64,000 bases of DNA. Source: a virus. The stretch is taken from positions 23,015 to 87,014 of the IMG/VR virus record IMGVR_UViG_3300013126_000016, one strand, 5' to 3'. The translations under genes were made by a program, and so were the position numbers. This document shows positions 9,065 to 18,400 of the stretch, piece after piece. The notes beneath the pieces are model-generated. The model had not been told where the DNA came from, made no database searches, and was given only the letters and a program-made list of their open reading frames with translations. The stretch's first letter is position 1; each line of letters opens with the position of its first letter.

Positions 9065-9758
9065 TGATAACAAAGTAATTAATGAGATTAATAACGCATT
9101 AGTTTACTTTGAGCAATTACAAGACTGTGTAGAAAGGTTAGAGGTAGTAGATAGAAATCTAAAAGTAAACGAATACACAGAAGATATAAAAGTTGTAATA
9201 GAGAAGTTAAAGACGTTGATAGCAGCATTAGACACTAATGAAGGGGAAGAGAGTGTAAAGCATTTATTTAAGGAAGGTAATTTAAACAGATTACCAAAGA
9301 CAAAAATAGAGAGATTAGGGTACGGGAGAATAATAATAGATTCATTAAATAGGGGTGAGAGTATAAAAGATATATCTAATAAACTATCTTTATCAATTTC
9401 AATGGTGTCTAAATTCTGCAAAATGTATGAAAGTTTAAAACCTTCTCAGAAATATGAAGTAAAGAGAAGATCAGTATTTAATATAGCGGATAACTATGAG
9501 GAGTTATACGTTTTATTGTATAGGACTCTATCAAAATTAGAGAGTTTAGATCCAGAAGTTTATGTAAAGTGTGCAAGCGAGGTAAGGTTATTACTAGCAG
9601 CAGTTGATAAATTTATAGAGAAGAATACGGAGAGAAAAAAGATACAGGAGTTAGGGCAAGTAATACTAGAAATATTAATAGCAGAGTCACCGGAAAGGAG
9701 GGGGCATATAATAGAGAGATTTAGGAAGATAGGGATAGGGCACATGATAGGAGTGTAG
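9006..9758 (+). CDS. Helix-turn-helix protein
   Basis: GESIKDISNKLSLSISMVSKF is an HTH pattern; the rest is helical. Confidence 0.6.
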   Translation: MDYYQEHEYTPPLLNLEKSDDNKVINEINNALVYFEQLQDCVERLEVVDRNLKVNEYTEDIKVVIEKLKTLIAALDTNEGEESVKHLFKEGNLNRLPKTKIERLGYGRIIIDSLNRGESIKDISNKLSLSISMVSKFCKMYESLKPSQKYEVKRRSVFNIADNYEELYVLLYRTLSKLESLDPEVYVKCASEVRLLLAAVDKFIEKNTERKKIQELGQVILEILIAESPERRGHIIERFRKIGIGHMIGV

Positions 9759-9768
9759 GGTAGTAGAA

Positions 9769-9780
9769 AGCCGCGCGGCT
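9769..9780. repeat. Dispersed GC palindrome core AGCCGCGCGGCT (intergenic)
   Basis: Exact core shortly after the stop of 9006..9758 and upstream of nrdB. Confidence 0.9.
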
Positions 9781-9870
9781 ACGTTAATAAATAAGTTAAT
9801 AAATTTTTTACTTATAGAAGATACTATAAGAGTTAAATTAAAAGAAGTCGCGCAAATAATAAGAAAAAAT

Positions 9871-10833
9871 ATGTTAACAGAGCCCAGGTTAAGGTATAAG
9901 CCTTTTGAGTATGAAACAGCCCATGAGCTAGGTAAAAAGCAATGGAACTCGTTTTGGACAGCTGATGAGTGTGCCTTAACAGAAGATATATTAGATTGGA
10001 ATACAAAATTAACAGAAAATGAAAAGAGAGTAGTAGGAGGAGTTTTAAAAGGATTTACCCAACTAGAACTACTAATAGGGGATTATTGGTCAGGAGTAGA
10101 CAAATGGTTTCCAAAACCAGAAATAAGTTATATGGCAAAGACCTTCAGTGCGTTTGAGGGTATACATGCAGAAGCATATAATAAACTAACAGAATCATTA
10201 GGTATAGATGATTTTGAGGCTTTTCTATCAGACCCCCAAGCAAAGAAAAGATTAGAAAACCTAATAGAAATAAAAAAAGAAACTAAAGAAGAGATAGCAA
10301 GATCGCTGGCTATCTTCTCAGCATTTGCAGAAGGTGTTTCTTTATTTTCATCCTTTGCAGTCCTAATGAGATTTCCTATAATGAACAAACTTAAAGGAGT
10401 AGGTACTATAGTCGAATACTCTAGTAGAGACGAGAATTTACACTCTAAAGCAGGTATATGGTTATTTAATCAATTAATAAGAGAAAACCCATTTTTAAAA
10501 ACTAAAGAGCTAGAAGATAGTGTACATGAGGCTGCAAGAGTATGTGTAGAGTTAGAAGAAGGATTCATAAAGTCTATATTTGAGCAAGGGGATTTATTAG
10601 GATTAAAAGCAGAGGATTTAAAAAACTACATAAGAGCAAGGGCAAACCAAAAACTAATAGATTTAGGGTATAAGCCTATAATAGAATACAATAGAAAATC
10701 AGCTGAGTCTATATCAAGCTGGTTTGATACATTAACAGCAGCAGGGAGGAATCATGACTTTTTTGTGACTACAGAAACCAACTACAGTCAAAGTAAGAAG
10801 TTTGATCCAAAGAAACTAACGTTTAACTTTTAG
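9871..10833 (+). CDS. nrdB: Class Ia ribonucleotide reductase beta subunit
   Basis: FW...E; FTQLE; EGIHAEAY (iron ligands plus radical Tyr); AEGVSLFSSF; RDENLH; HDFF...TNY. Confidence 0.95.
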   Translation: MLTEPRLRYKPFEYETAHELGKKQWNSFWTADECALTEDILDWNTKLTENEKRVVGGVLKGFTQLELLIGDYWSGVDKWFPKPEISYMAKTFSAFEGIHAEAYNKLTESLGIDDFEAFLSDPQAKKRLENLIEIKKETKEEIARSLAIFSAFAEGVSLFSSFAVLMRFPIMNKLKGVGTIVEYSSRDENLHSKAGIWLFNQLIRENPFLKTKELEDSVHEAARVCVELEEGFIKSIFEQGDLLGLKAEDLKNYIRARANQKLIDLGYKPIIEYNRKSAESISSWFDTLTAAGRNHDFFVTTETNYSQSKKFDPKKLTFNF

Positions 10834-10844
10834 GGTTTAAAGAA

Positions 10845-12722
10845 ATGCCAGAACAGATTAAAGTTGAAGGAATACAAAGTTTGTTTATAGAGTTAGAAGA
10901 AGAGTTAAACGATTTAAAGGAGAAGGGAGAAGCACCACAATGGTTAAGTGGGGAGGGTTTAAAGCTGTTAAAAACAGGGTATTTAGGAGTAGGGGAAACG
11001 CCAAAAGGGATGTGGGAGAGAGTAGCCCAAGCAGCTGCCTCCAAATATAAATCTAGTAATGAAGACTATCTAAGAGATATAGAAATGCTAGAGGAGGAGC
11101 AAGAAATAAATTTAGAAGAAAGATTCTTTGAGTTAATGTGGAAGGGTTGGCTAGGAGCAGCTAGTCCTATACTATCTAACTTAGGGACACCTAAAGGGCT
11201 GCCTATTAGTTGTTATTCATCTTATATAGCTGACAACAGAGAATCTATTTTTAAGAGTTGGGAAGAAATAGGTTGGATGTCTTCTATAGGAGGCGGTACA
11301 GCTGCTCACCTAAGTGACTTGAGACCTTTAGGTTCAAAGATAGCTAACGGCGGGGTTTCTAATGGAGTTGTACCTTGGATAAAAGTATTAGACTCTGTTA
11401 TGGTAGCAGTAAACCAAAGTGGGTTTAGACGAGGTGCATTAGCAGCCTATTTAGATATAGATCATCCAGACTTTTTATCGTTTTTAAAGATAAGGCAGCC
11501 GCACGGGGACATAAATCATCAATGTTTGAATATACATCATGGAGTTACAATCACAGATGACTTTATGAGAAGATTACGAGAAGGAGATGAAGAGGCAGCA
11601 ACCCGCTGGGCTAAATTAATAGAGACTAGATTTAATAAAGGAGAACCTTACATCATTTTCATAGACACAGTAAACAAAAACAACCCAGATTGGTACAAAG
11701 ACAAGGGTCTTACTGTAAAAGGAAGTAACTTATGCTCTGAGATATGTTTACACACATCAGAAGAATATAGTTTAGTATGTTGTTTAAGTTCACTAAACCT
11801 AGCAAGATATGATGAATGGAAGCACGACAGATATATAATAAGAGACAGCATATTCTTTTTAGATGCGGTTATGGAAGAGTTTATAGAAAAAGCTGAACAT
11901 ATTCCTGGCATTAAAAGAGCTTATGAGTTTGCCTTAAAAAGTAGAGCCTTGGGGTTAGGAGTAATGGGCTATCATACTTTGTTGCAAAGTAGAGGATATG
12001 CATTTGAAAGTGAAGAAGCAAGATTATTAAATGAGGAAATATTTGAGAGAATACACAGAGAAGCATGGATGGCAAGTGCAGAGTTAGCATTTAGATTAGG
12101 GGAGCCGGAGTGGTGTAGAGGATATGGAGTAAGAAACACCCACTTAACAGCTGTTGCTCCCACAAAGTCAAATTCAGTAATAGCAGGGGGGTTAGAAGGA
12201 AATTCTATTTCAGAAGGAGTAGAACCTTACTACAATAATTATTATGTAAACGATACAAAAGGTGCTTACTTTAGAAAGAATCCAGTTCTAGTTAAATTAC
12301 TAAAAGCTAGAAATAAAGATACAGAAGAAGTATGGAGTTCCATAAAAGATAATTCTGGTTCAGTCAGTCATTTAGACTTTCTTACAGAAGAAGAAAAAAA
12401 CGTATTTAAGACAGCCCATGAAATAAACCAGATAGAACTAATAAATCAGGCTGGTACTAGACAACTATACATAGACCAAAGCCAATCGTTAAACTTATTT
12501 TTTCTTAGTAGAGACGATGAAGAATACATAAACTTTATAAATGCTGTTCATGTACAATCGTGGAAAAAGGGAGTTAAATCATTGTATTACCAAAAAGGAA
12601 AAGCAGAGTTAAGTAGTAAGAGCAATATATCCTTTGAAAGGATAGAAGAAGAGCAAAAGGAATCTATACCTGAGTTCTGTGGTTTAAGTAAAGAAGAAGG
12701 TTGTAATGTTTGTGAAGGATAG
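10845..12722 (+). CDS. nrdA: Class Ia ribonucleotide reductase alpha subunit, no ATP cone
   Basis: ASPILSNLG..GLPISC; Q.G.RRG; SNLCSEI; VCCLSSLNL; RALGLGVMG; VAPT; IDQSQSLNL; KSLYY; C-terminal CNVCEG. Confidence 0.96.
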   Translation: MPEQIKVEGIQSLFIELEEELNDLKEKGEAPQWLSGEGLKLLKTGYLGVGETPKGMWERVAQAAASKYKSSNEDYLRDIEMLEEEQEINLEERFFELMWKGWLGAASPILSNLGTPKGLPISCYSSYIADNRESIFKSWEEIGWMSSIGGGTAAHLSDLRPLGSKIANGGVSNGVVPWIKVLDSVMVAVNQSGFRRGALAAYLDIDHPDFLSFLKIRQPHGDINHQCLNIHHGVTITDDFMRRLREGDEEAATRWAKLIETRFNKGEPYIIFIDTVNKNNPDWYKDKGLTVKGSNLCSEICLHTSEEYSLVCCLSSLNLARYDEWKHDRYIIRDSIFFLDAVMEEFIEKAEHIPGIKRAYEFALKSRALGLGVMGYHTLLQSRGYAFESEEARLLNEEIFERIHREAWMASAELAFRLGEPEWCRGYGVRNTHLTAVAPTKSNSVIAGGLEGNSISEGVEPYYNNYYVNDTKGAYFRKNPVLVKLLKARNKDTEEVWSSIKDNSGSVSHLDFLTEEEKNVFKTAHEINQIELINQAGTRQLYIDQSQSLNLFFLSRDDEEYINFINAVHVQSWKKGVKSLYYQKGKAELSSKSNISFERIEEEQKESIPEFCGLSKEEGCNVCEG

Positions 12723-12730
12723 ATAATTAC

Positions 12731-12754
12731 AATTAGGCTATTTATAGCCTAATT
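12731..12754 (+). terminator. Hairpin AATTAGGCTA-TTTA-TAGCCTAATT between nrdA and dps
   Basis: Perfect 10-bp stem just after the nrdA stop, followed by ACATTT x3 (12755-12772). No clean U-tract. Confidence 0.55.
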
Positions 12755-12793
12755 ACATTTACATTTACATTTAACAGAATTAATAAATTTATT

Positions 12794-13249
12794 ATGATAG
12801 AAGATATAAGTAAATATAAAGACTTAATAGTAGAGTTATACAAGCTGCAAGCTAATACTTTTGTGCTTTATTTAAAGAGTTGGGGAGCGCATTGGAATGT
12901 AGAAGGAATAAACTTTATAGAATTGCATGAGTTATTCAAAGAGGTGTATGAGGGGTTAGAAGAAGAAATAGATAGGATAGCCGAAGGGATAGGCTCATTA
13001 GGGTATAAAGCGCCGGCTAACTTAGAGTTATATATAAAGTTATCTCAGCTAAAAGAATTTAAAGGAAGTGAGAGTTATGATATACTACTCAGTTCTTTAT
13101 TATCAGACTTATTAGAAATAGAAAGTTTGTTATTAAACTGTAATAAAGAAGCTGTAAAAGTAGAATGTGAGGCTATACTTAATATGCTACAAGATATAAT
13201 AGAGCAAAATAGGGTGTATATATACAAACTGAGAAGGACTGTTAAATGA
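12794..13249 (+). CDS. dps: Dps family ferritin-like DNA-protection protein
   Basis: HWNVEG.NF.ELHELF.E.Y...EEIDRIAE ferroxidase signature; 151 aa. Confidence 0.93.
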   Translation: MIEDISKYKDLIVELYKLQANTFVLYLKSWGAHWNVEGINFIELHELFKEVYEGLEEEIDRIAEGIGSLGYKAPANLELYIKLSQLKEFKGSESYDILLSSLLSDLLEIESLLLNCNKEAVKVECEAILNMLQDIIEQNRVYIYKLRRTVK

Positions 13250-13737
13250 TAATAGAGTATAATAAACTGAATTATTTAAAAAGTACAGATGAAGTTTTGT
13301 ATGTAAGTAGTAGTAGGAGTAAAAAAGGAGATATAGAGAAATTAAAGAAAGCAGGGGGATGGGAGAAGTTAGGATTTAAAGCTGGGTGGTGGGAAGTAGA
13401 CGAAGATATAACAGAGTATGCGAACGTAAGACATGCAAAAAAGATAGTAAACTTTTTAAAGAACAGTAAGAATACTTTAATTTATGCAGAGCAGATAGAA
13501 ATAGGGATAGTATTAGAAGCGTGTAGGGGAGTAATACAAGAAAATAAACTAGAAAGGTACAGTGTAGGAGATGCGGTAAACGGAAAGAGAAAGGTAATAC
13601 CAGATGTATGGTTAGCGGCGTTATTAGACAATGAAGCTAAAATGGGTGGGAGATTGGTAGGAGAAATAGAAAGTTACTTAGCAACTCGAATAGCAATTGA
13701 CAGCGCGGCTACAATTATAGAAGGAGAATTTGATTAA
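13246..13737 (+). CDS. Hypothetical protein
   Basis: 163-aa ORF overlapping the dps stop (ATGA coupling). Confidence 0.7.
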   Translation: MIIEYNKLNYLKSTDEVLYVSSSRSKKGDIEKLKKAGGWEKLGFKAGWWEVDEDITEYANVRHAKKIVNFLKNSKNTLIYAEQIEIGIVLEACRGVIQENKLERYSVGDAVNGKRKVIPDVWLAALLDNEAKMGGRLVGEIESYLATRIAIDSAATIIEGEFD

Positions 13738-13740
13738 GTT

Positions 13741-13914
13741 ATGACTATAGAAGAGTTATTAAGCATAGCTATAAGATATAAATTAGGGAGAGAGAAGCTA
13801 GGGGATAATTGGACTATAGGAAAAGCAGTAGAGTACGAAAGTACCCTACCAAGAAAACTAACAATTGAAGAGTTAACTAAATTAACTAAAAGAGAGGAGC
13901 AATTACAGTTTTAG
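13741..13914 (+). CDS. Small hypothetical protein (57 aa, MTIEELLSIAIRYKLG...), absent from the ORF track
   Basis: ATG 3 bp after the previous stop; open to TAG at 13912-13914; overlaps the recombinase stop convergently. Confidence 0.5.
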   Translation: MTIEELLSIAIRYKLGREKLGDNWTIGKAVEYESTLPRKLTIEELTKLTKREEQLQF

Positions 13915-15381
13915 AGTAATAGATATTTCCTTATTAGAGTTAATAGTAATGAGTTCTATTAGAAGGAGATAGATATCACGTTTTTCTTGTTTAGTTCTAC
14001 TTTTAAAAAAGAGGTCATCTTGAAAACAATCTAAAAGGAGTTGACGTTTATTATTAATAGAAGTAGAAAGAGATTTTTCCCTATTATTGATGTGGTCTAT
14101 TTGTGAATACAGTTTACGAATATTAGGAGTAAGTTCTGGGTCTTCTAGGGATTCCAGGACTTTTATTTTATTAAGGATAGGAGCTATTAAGGGGTTTACA
14201 GAAGTAGATTCAAGTTTTTCTTCTTTTACTAAAAGAGATACTTGGTATGCTTTGTTTTTGAGTTCAGAGATAACTAAATCTTCAAGATAAGTATCTCTAG
14301 TAATAGAGCGATTAGAGCATATACAACTTTTATAAGCTGCGCGGCAGCGGTAGTAAACATAAGTAATACCATTCTTACTTTTAGTACTGCAAGTGTCCAT
14401 ACTGCGGTTACAGTGAGGACATTTAATTAATCCTGTTAGAGGATAGCATTTAGAAGAAGTGCCATAGCCTTTAAGAGAGGAGTTTAGTTTTGAGATACTT
14501 AATACTTGTTCATACTCATAGTCAGACATTAAAGTTTGATCAGGGTGAGTATTGTAAAAGATGATATTGTCTTTTGAGGTGTTACGTCTAAAGTAAGATG
14601 TATGGCCTCTTAAAATAGGGGAATGAAGCCAAACTGAGAGGCCTTGGTAAGTATATAAATCAAAAGATAAATGGTTTCTTTCTCTTCGGAGGTTTTTAGA
14701 AACAGGGGGGAAAAGGCCATACTTAGACATAACAGTTCTGAGAGTAAGGCGAAGGGATTTAAGAGACAGATAGAGTTCAATGAGTTCGCGGGCTAAATTA
14801 TGAATACTAAACTCTTGTTTAGTTTCTAATAGACAAAGAAAGGGGGCAGTATTAAGTTTAGGGTAACCGTTCTCTAAAACATACCCAAAGACTGGCATAG
14901 AAACCTTTTTGCTTTTTCGTATATACTCCCAAGAATCAGAATAGCGTTCTTTAATTCGTTCTATTTCGTTCCTGCTAAAAGTTACTAAAAGGCGGGCATG
15001 AGTACGACCTCCTACAGTAGTAAGATCAATATTATCTTTAAGTCCTATGCAAGGGGTATTAGTGCTAATAACAAGTTCGATAAATTCCTCCATTAAAGAA
15101 TGAGAATCAGTTAATCTATCTAAGCGTGTAAGGACTACTTGACTAACAGAATTAGATTTAATTTCTTCCATGAGTTGGGAAAGACCTTTTCGTTTTTTAG
15201 AAGAACGAGAGATAACGTCCCAATAAATTTCTGTACAACCATAAGATTTAAGTTCATCTATATGTCTTTCAAGAGTACCTTGTTTAGACAATCCATAGCT
15301 GCTTTCAGATCTAGACAAGCGGGTATAACCAATAATACGATTAGAGGGGGAGGAAAAGATAAGATGACCTGTTTTATCCAT
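13903..15381 (-). CDS. Large serine recombinase/integrase, XisF-like
   Basis: IIGYTRLS with catalytic Ser; R.GL..L; TRLDRL; DL.T..GR; E.ERIKER; PVFGY; recombinase domain; YPLTGLIKCPHC...YYRC zinc ribbon; coiled coil. Confidence 0.93.
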   Translation of the reverse strand: MDKTGHLIFSSPSNRIIGYTRLSRSESSYGLSKQGTLERHIDELKSYGCTEIYWDVISRSSKKRKGLSQLMEEIKSNSVSQVVLTRLDRLTDSHSLMEEFIELVISTNTPCIGLKDNIDLTTVGGRTHARLLVTFSRNEIERIKERYSDSWEYIRKSKKVSMPVFGYVLENGYPKLNTAPFLCLLETKQEFSIHNLARELIELYLSLKSLRLTLRTVMSKYGLFPPVSKNLRRERNHLSFDLYTYQGLSVWLHSPILRGHTSYFRRNTSKDNIIFYNTHPDQTLMSDYEYEQVLSISKLNSSLKGYGTSSKCYPLTGLIKCPHCNRSMDTCSTKSKNGITYVYYRCRAAYKSCICSNRSITRDTYLEDLVISELKNKAYQVSLLVKEEKLESTSVNPLIAPILNKIKVLESLEDPELTPNIRKLYSQIDHINNREKSLSTSINNKRQLLLDCFQDDLFFKSRTKQEKRDIYLLLIELITINSNKEISITLKL

Positions 15382-15477
15382 AGGAGGAAGAGAGTTTTAT
15401 GTGTATAGTAAATAAAACATAGGAGGAGTTTACTATAGAGATAAAACTTTAAAAAATAAAGTTTATAAAACTTTAGG

Positions 15478-18400
15478 TTATTGTTGTTTAAAGAAAGCGA
15501 GGTCTTTTAGGGATTCTTCTGTAGTGTATTTAGGATATAAAGGGTCTAAAACTAGTAAGCCAAATCCGTCTGCAGTAGTTGAGTCTGTTTTTATATCTAT
15601 AGAAGATGAACTAATAGAAACATCAAGGGTATATTGAGAAGGAGGGGTATATTGAGGATATTGAGGGTCGCTCCTGTATTGAACTGTAGGTTTAAAACCA
15701 GAAGAGTCTACAGTAAGTTTTATATTAGCAGTAGGTCTTTGCTCTTCTAATTTCTTCTTAGCGCGTTTTATTTCTACTATTTGTGAATCAAACTCTAATA
15801 CTATTCTTTGTAGTTGTTGATAATTTAAGACTGCTTTAGAATTAAATATATTAGTTTGGTCTTGAGGTTTAACAACAGGATTATCCGAGGGTAATTTAGC
15901 TATAGTACTTTCAAGAGCATTTTGAATAGGGGTAGGGACATTAGAGAGGAAATCGTATCCAGTAGTATTTTCGATTTGGTCAACAGTGGTCACATACCTT
16001 TTCCAGTCGTGGTCTAATGTTTCGCTGTTAGGGATATTAACAGCAATCACAGGGGTGCTAGAGGTAATATCTGAAATGCCAGAGGGTCGATCTAAGACAA
16101 CAATTATTTTCCAGGTATATTCAGGGATATTAACTAGATTATTAATTTTCCCCTTGCTTCCAGAAACACCAGCAATAACATACAAGGTTTTTCCTTCTTG
16201 TATTAGTTTTCTACTGTAATCTTCTAAACTTGCCCAGGTTTTTCTATTATTAGTTTCTGTTTGAGGGATGATATTAGTCATTAAAAAAGTAGAGGAATTA
16301 TCGTCCCTACTTCCTGTTCTATCCGAAGATGGAACTAAATGTCCTCTGTCATATCCAGAACCCCTATAATCACTTGGTTTTACAGATTCCCACTCTTCTG
16401 GGAGACTGAAATCTGGTTTAAAATCATTTTGTCTTTTAGTGCTTCCTAGCCATAATTGATTAGCTTCCCATGATACCCAATTAGCAGTTCCAGTACTTCT
16501 GTTATAGGATAAAGCGTATTGTTCCTTTATCATTAGATAATTATTGGGACTACTAGTATTAGATTTAGCTTGACTAGGGTTACCAAGTAATAAATGAGGT
16601 GTTAGATATATCTGTTTTGGTGTATTAGGTGTACTAGATGTATTAGGTGTATTAGGTATATTAGGTATATTAGATTTATATTCTTTTGTTTTACTAACGG
16701 AGTCTAGTGGAACTTTAGTGTTAAACGCGCCGCTAAATATATCTATTAACTTATTACCTAATCTGTAAAGTATAGTTTGTCCTTGATTAGGTATAGAGTT
16801 AATAAAGAAGAGATATTCATCTTGTCTCCTTTTTACTAGACCTCCTAAAACTCTACCATGATTATCTTTATTGTAAGGTAACAACCATTTAGCAGCACTT
16901 AGATAATCTCCTTGATTTAAAAACTTAAGTAAAGTAGAGTTTTTAAATCCACCCACACCAGCATTAAAAGCAAAAGAAGTAAGAATAGTAAACTGAGTTC
17001 TAGTTAAAGGTACTTTAACATTGTCTCTAACAGCTGTAGCAGCTTTATCCATATCCATAATAAAGATACGTTCTCCTTCTTGTTGGGTTATCCTTTGTCC
17101 CCACTTAACATCAGGTCCTGTATGACCATAACCTATAGTAAGAACACCCGTACCGTCATCATAAGTTTGAGGACGAAATTTTTCTTTATCTTTTATGTAA
17201 TTAATTATTTGTTGATCATGCTGTATATGAGTAGGTAAATATGGATTAAATAACCTATTATCTACTTTACTAGTAGAAAAAGAAGTATTACTAATAGGAG
17301 TATTCTTAGTAGGTACTTTAATACCAGCAGGTAAGGGTCTTCTAGGTATATTAATTTTCTCAGATGCTATTAAATAGCGTTGTGGTTCTATTAAAGTATT
17401 TATAGAAGTAAAATTTCCCGCTCCTGCATAGTTAAACTGTTTAGGATTAAGTATTTTATCATTACTTTTTTGTGATGCTATTGAATAGAGTTGTGGTTCT
17501 ACTAAAGTGTTTACTTCTATAAACTCTCCTGCTCCTGCATAATTAAAGTGTTCAGGAGAAGTAGAAGATATTTGTTGTTTTTCTTGAGTATGTTGAGTAA
17601 CTATTACTTGAGATGGTTTTATAGATTGTCTTCTAAACCTTTCTTTATAGAAACGAACTTTTTCTAGTAAGAGACGCATATCATGAGAACGAGGGTCTGA
17701 CCTATTCTCATTACGGTCAACATCACGGTGTGTAGTTATTCTAGACTCAGGGATATTATATCTTATAGACAATTCCGCAATAGCCTGAGCCATACTATCG
17801 TATTGTTCAGGAGTATAGCCTGAGTGGCCTATAGAATAGGGGTTACTATTAGCTGGGGATTCATAGGAAAAGTGATAAGAAAAGTTATTAACTGAAGGTT
17901 TCTGATTACGACTAACTCTAAAAGTTTCATTATTAAAATAAGAATTAGAAGCACCAAAAGCTCTTTTAGAGTAATCAACTAATTCTATGACAGTTCCGTC
18001 TCTAGTGATTATTCTATGATAACTAACCTTAGATCTAGGATCTTTAAAATAATTAACAGCTGATCTAGCAGAACTGGCTGTCTCGTGTAAAACAATTAAA
18101 GGTTGATTAGTGGCAGGTTTGCCATAAGCATCAACAGTAAGACGTTCTCCATAGTTAGAGGGGTTAACTTGTTCTCTTATAGTTCTATAAGTTCTATTAG
18201 TGGGTAGCTGCGCGGCGGCTGCCCTTGGAATTAAACTCTGTACTATTTGACTTCCTATAGACTGTTGTGCAGACTGTCTAGCTATTTCTAAAGTTGTACT
18301 TCTACGGTCATTACTAGAACCTGTTAAGTCTAAAGCTCTGTTAGTAGCTATTTGTATAGATGTATTATTAGCAACATTAGATGGTATATTATAAGATATT

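Noticed and set aside
9006-9758. Terminase small subunit
   Set aside because: HTH plus helices is compatible, but the gene is in the early arm far from terL and has no diagnostic motif.
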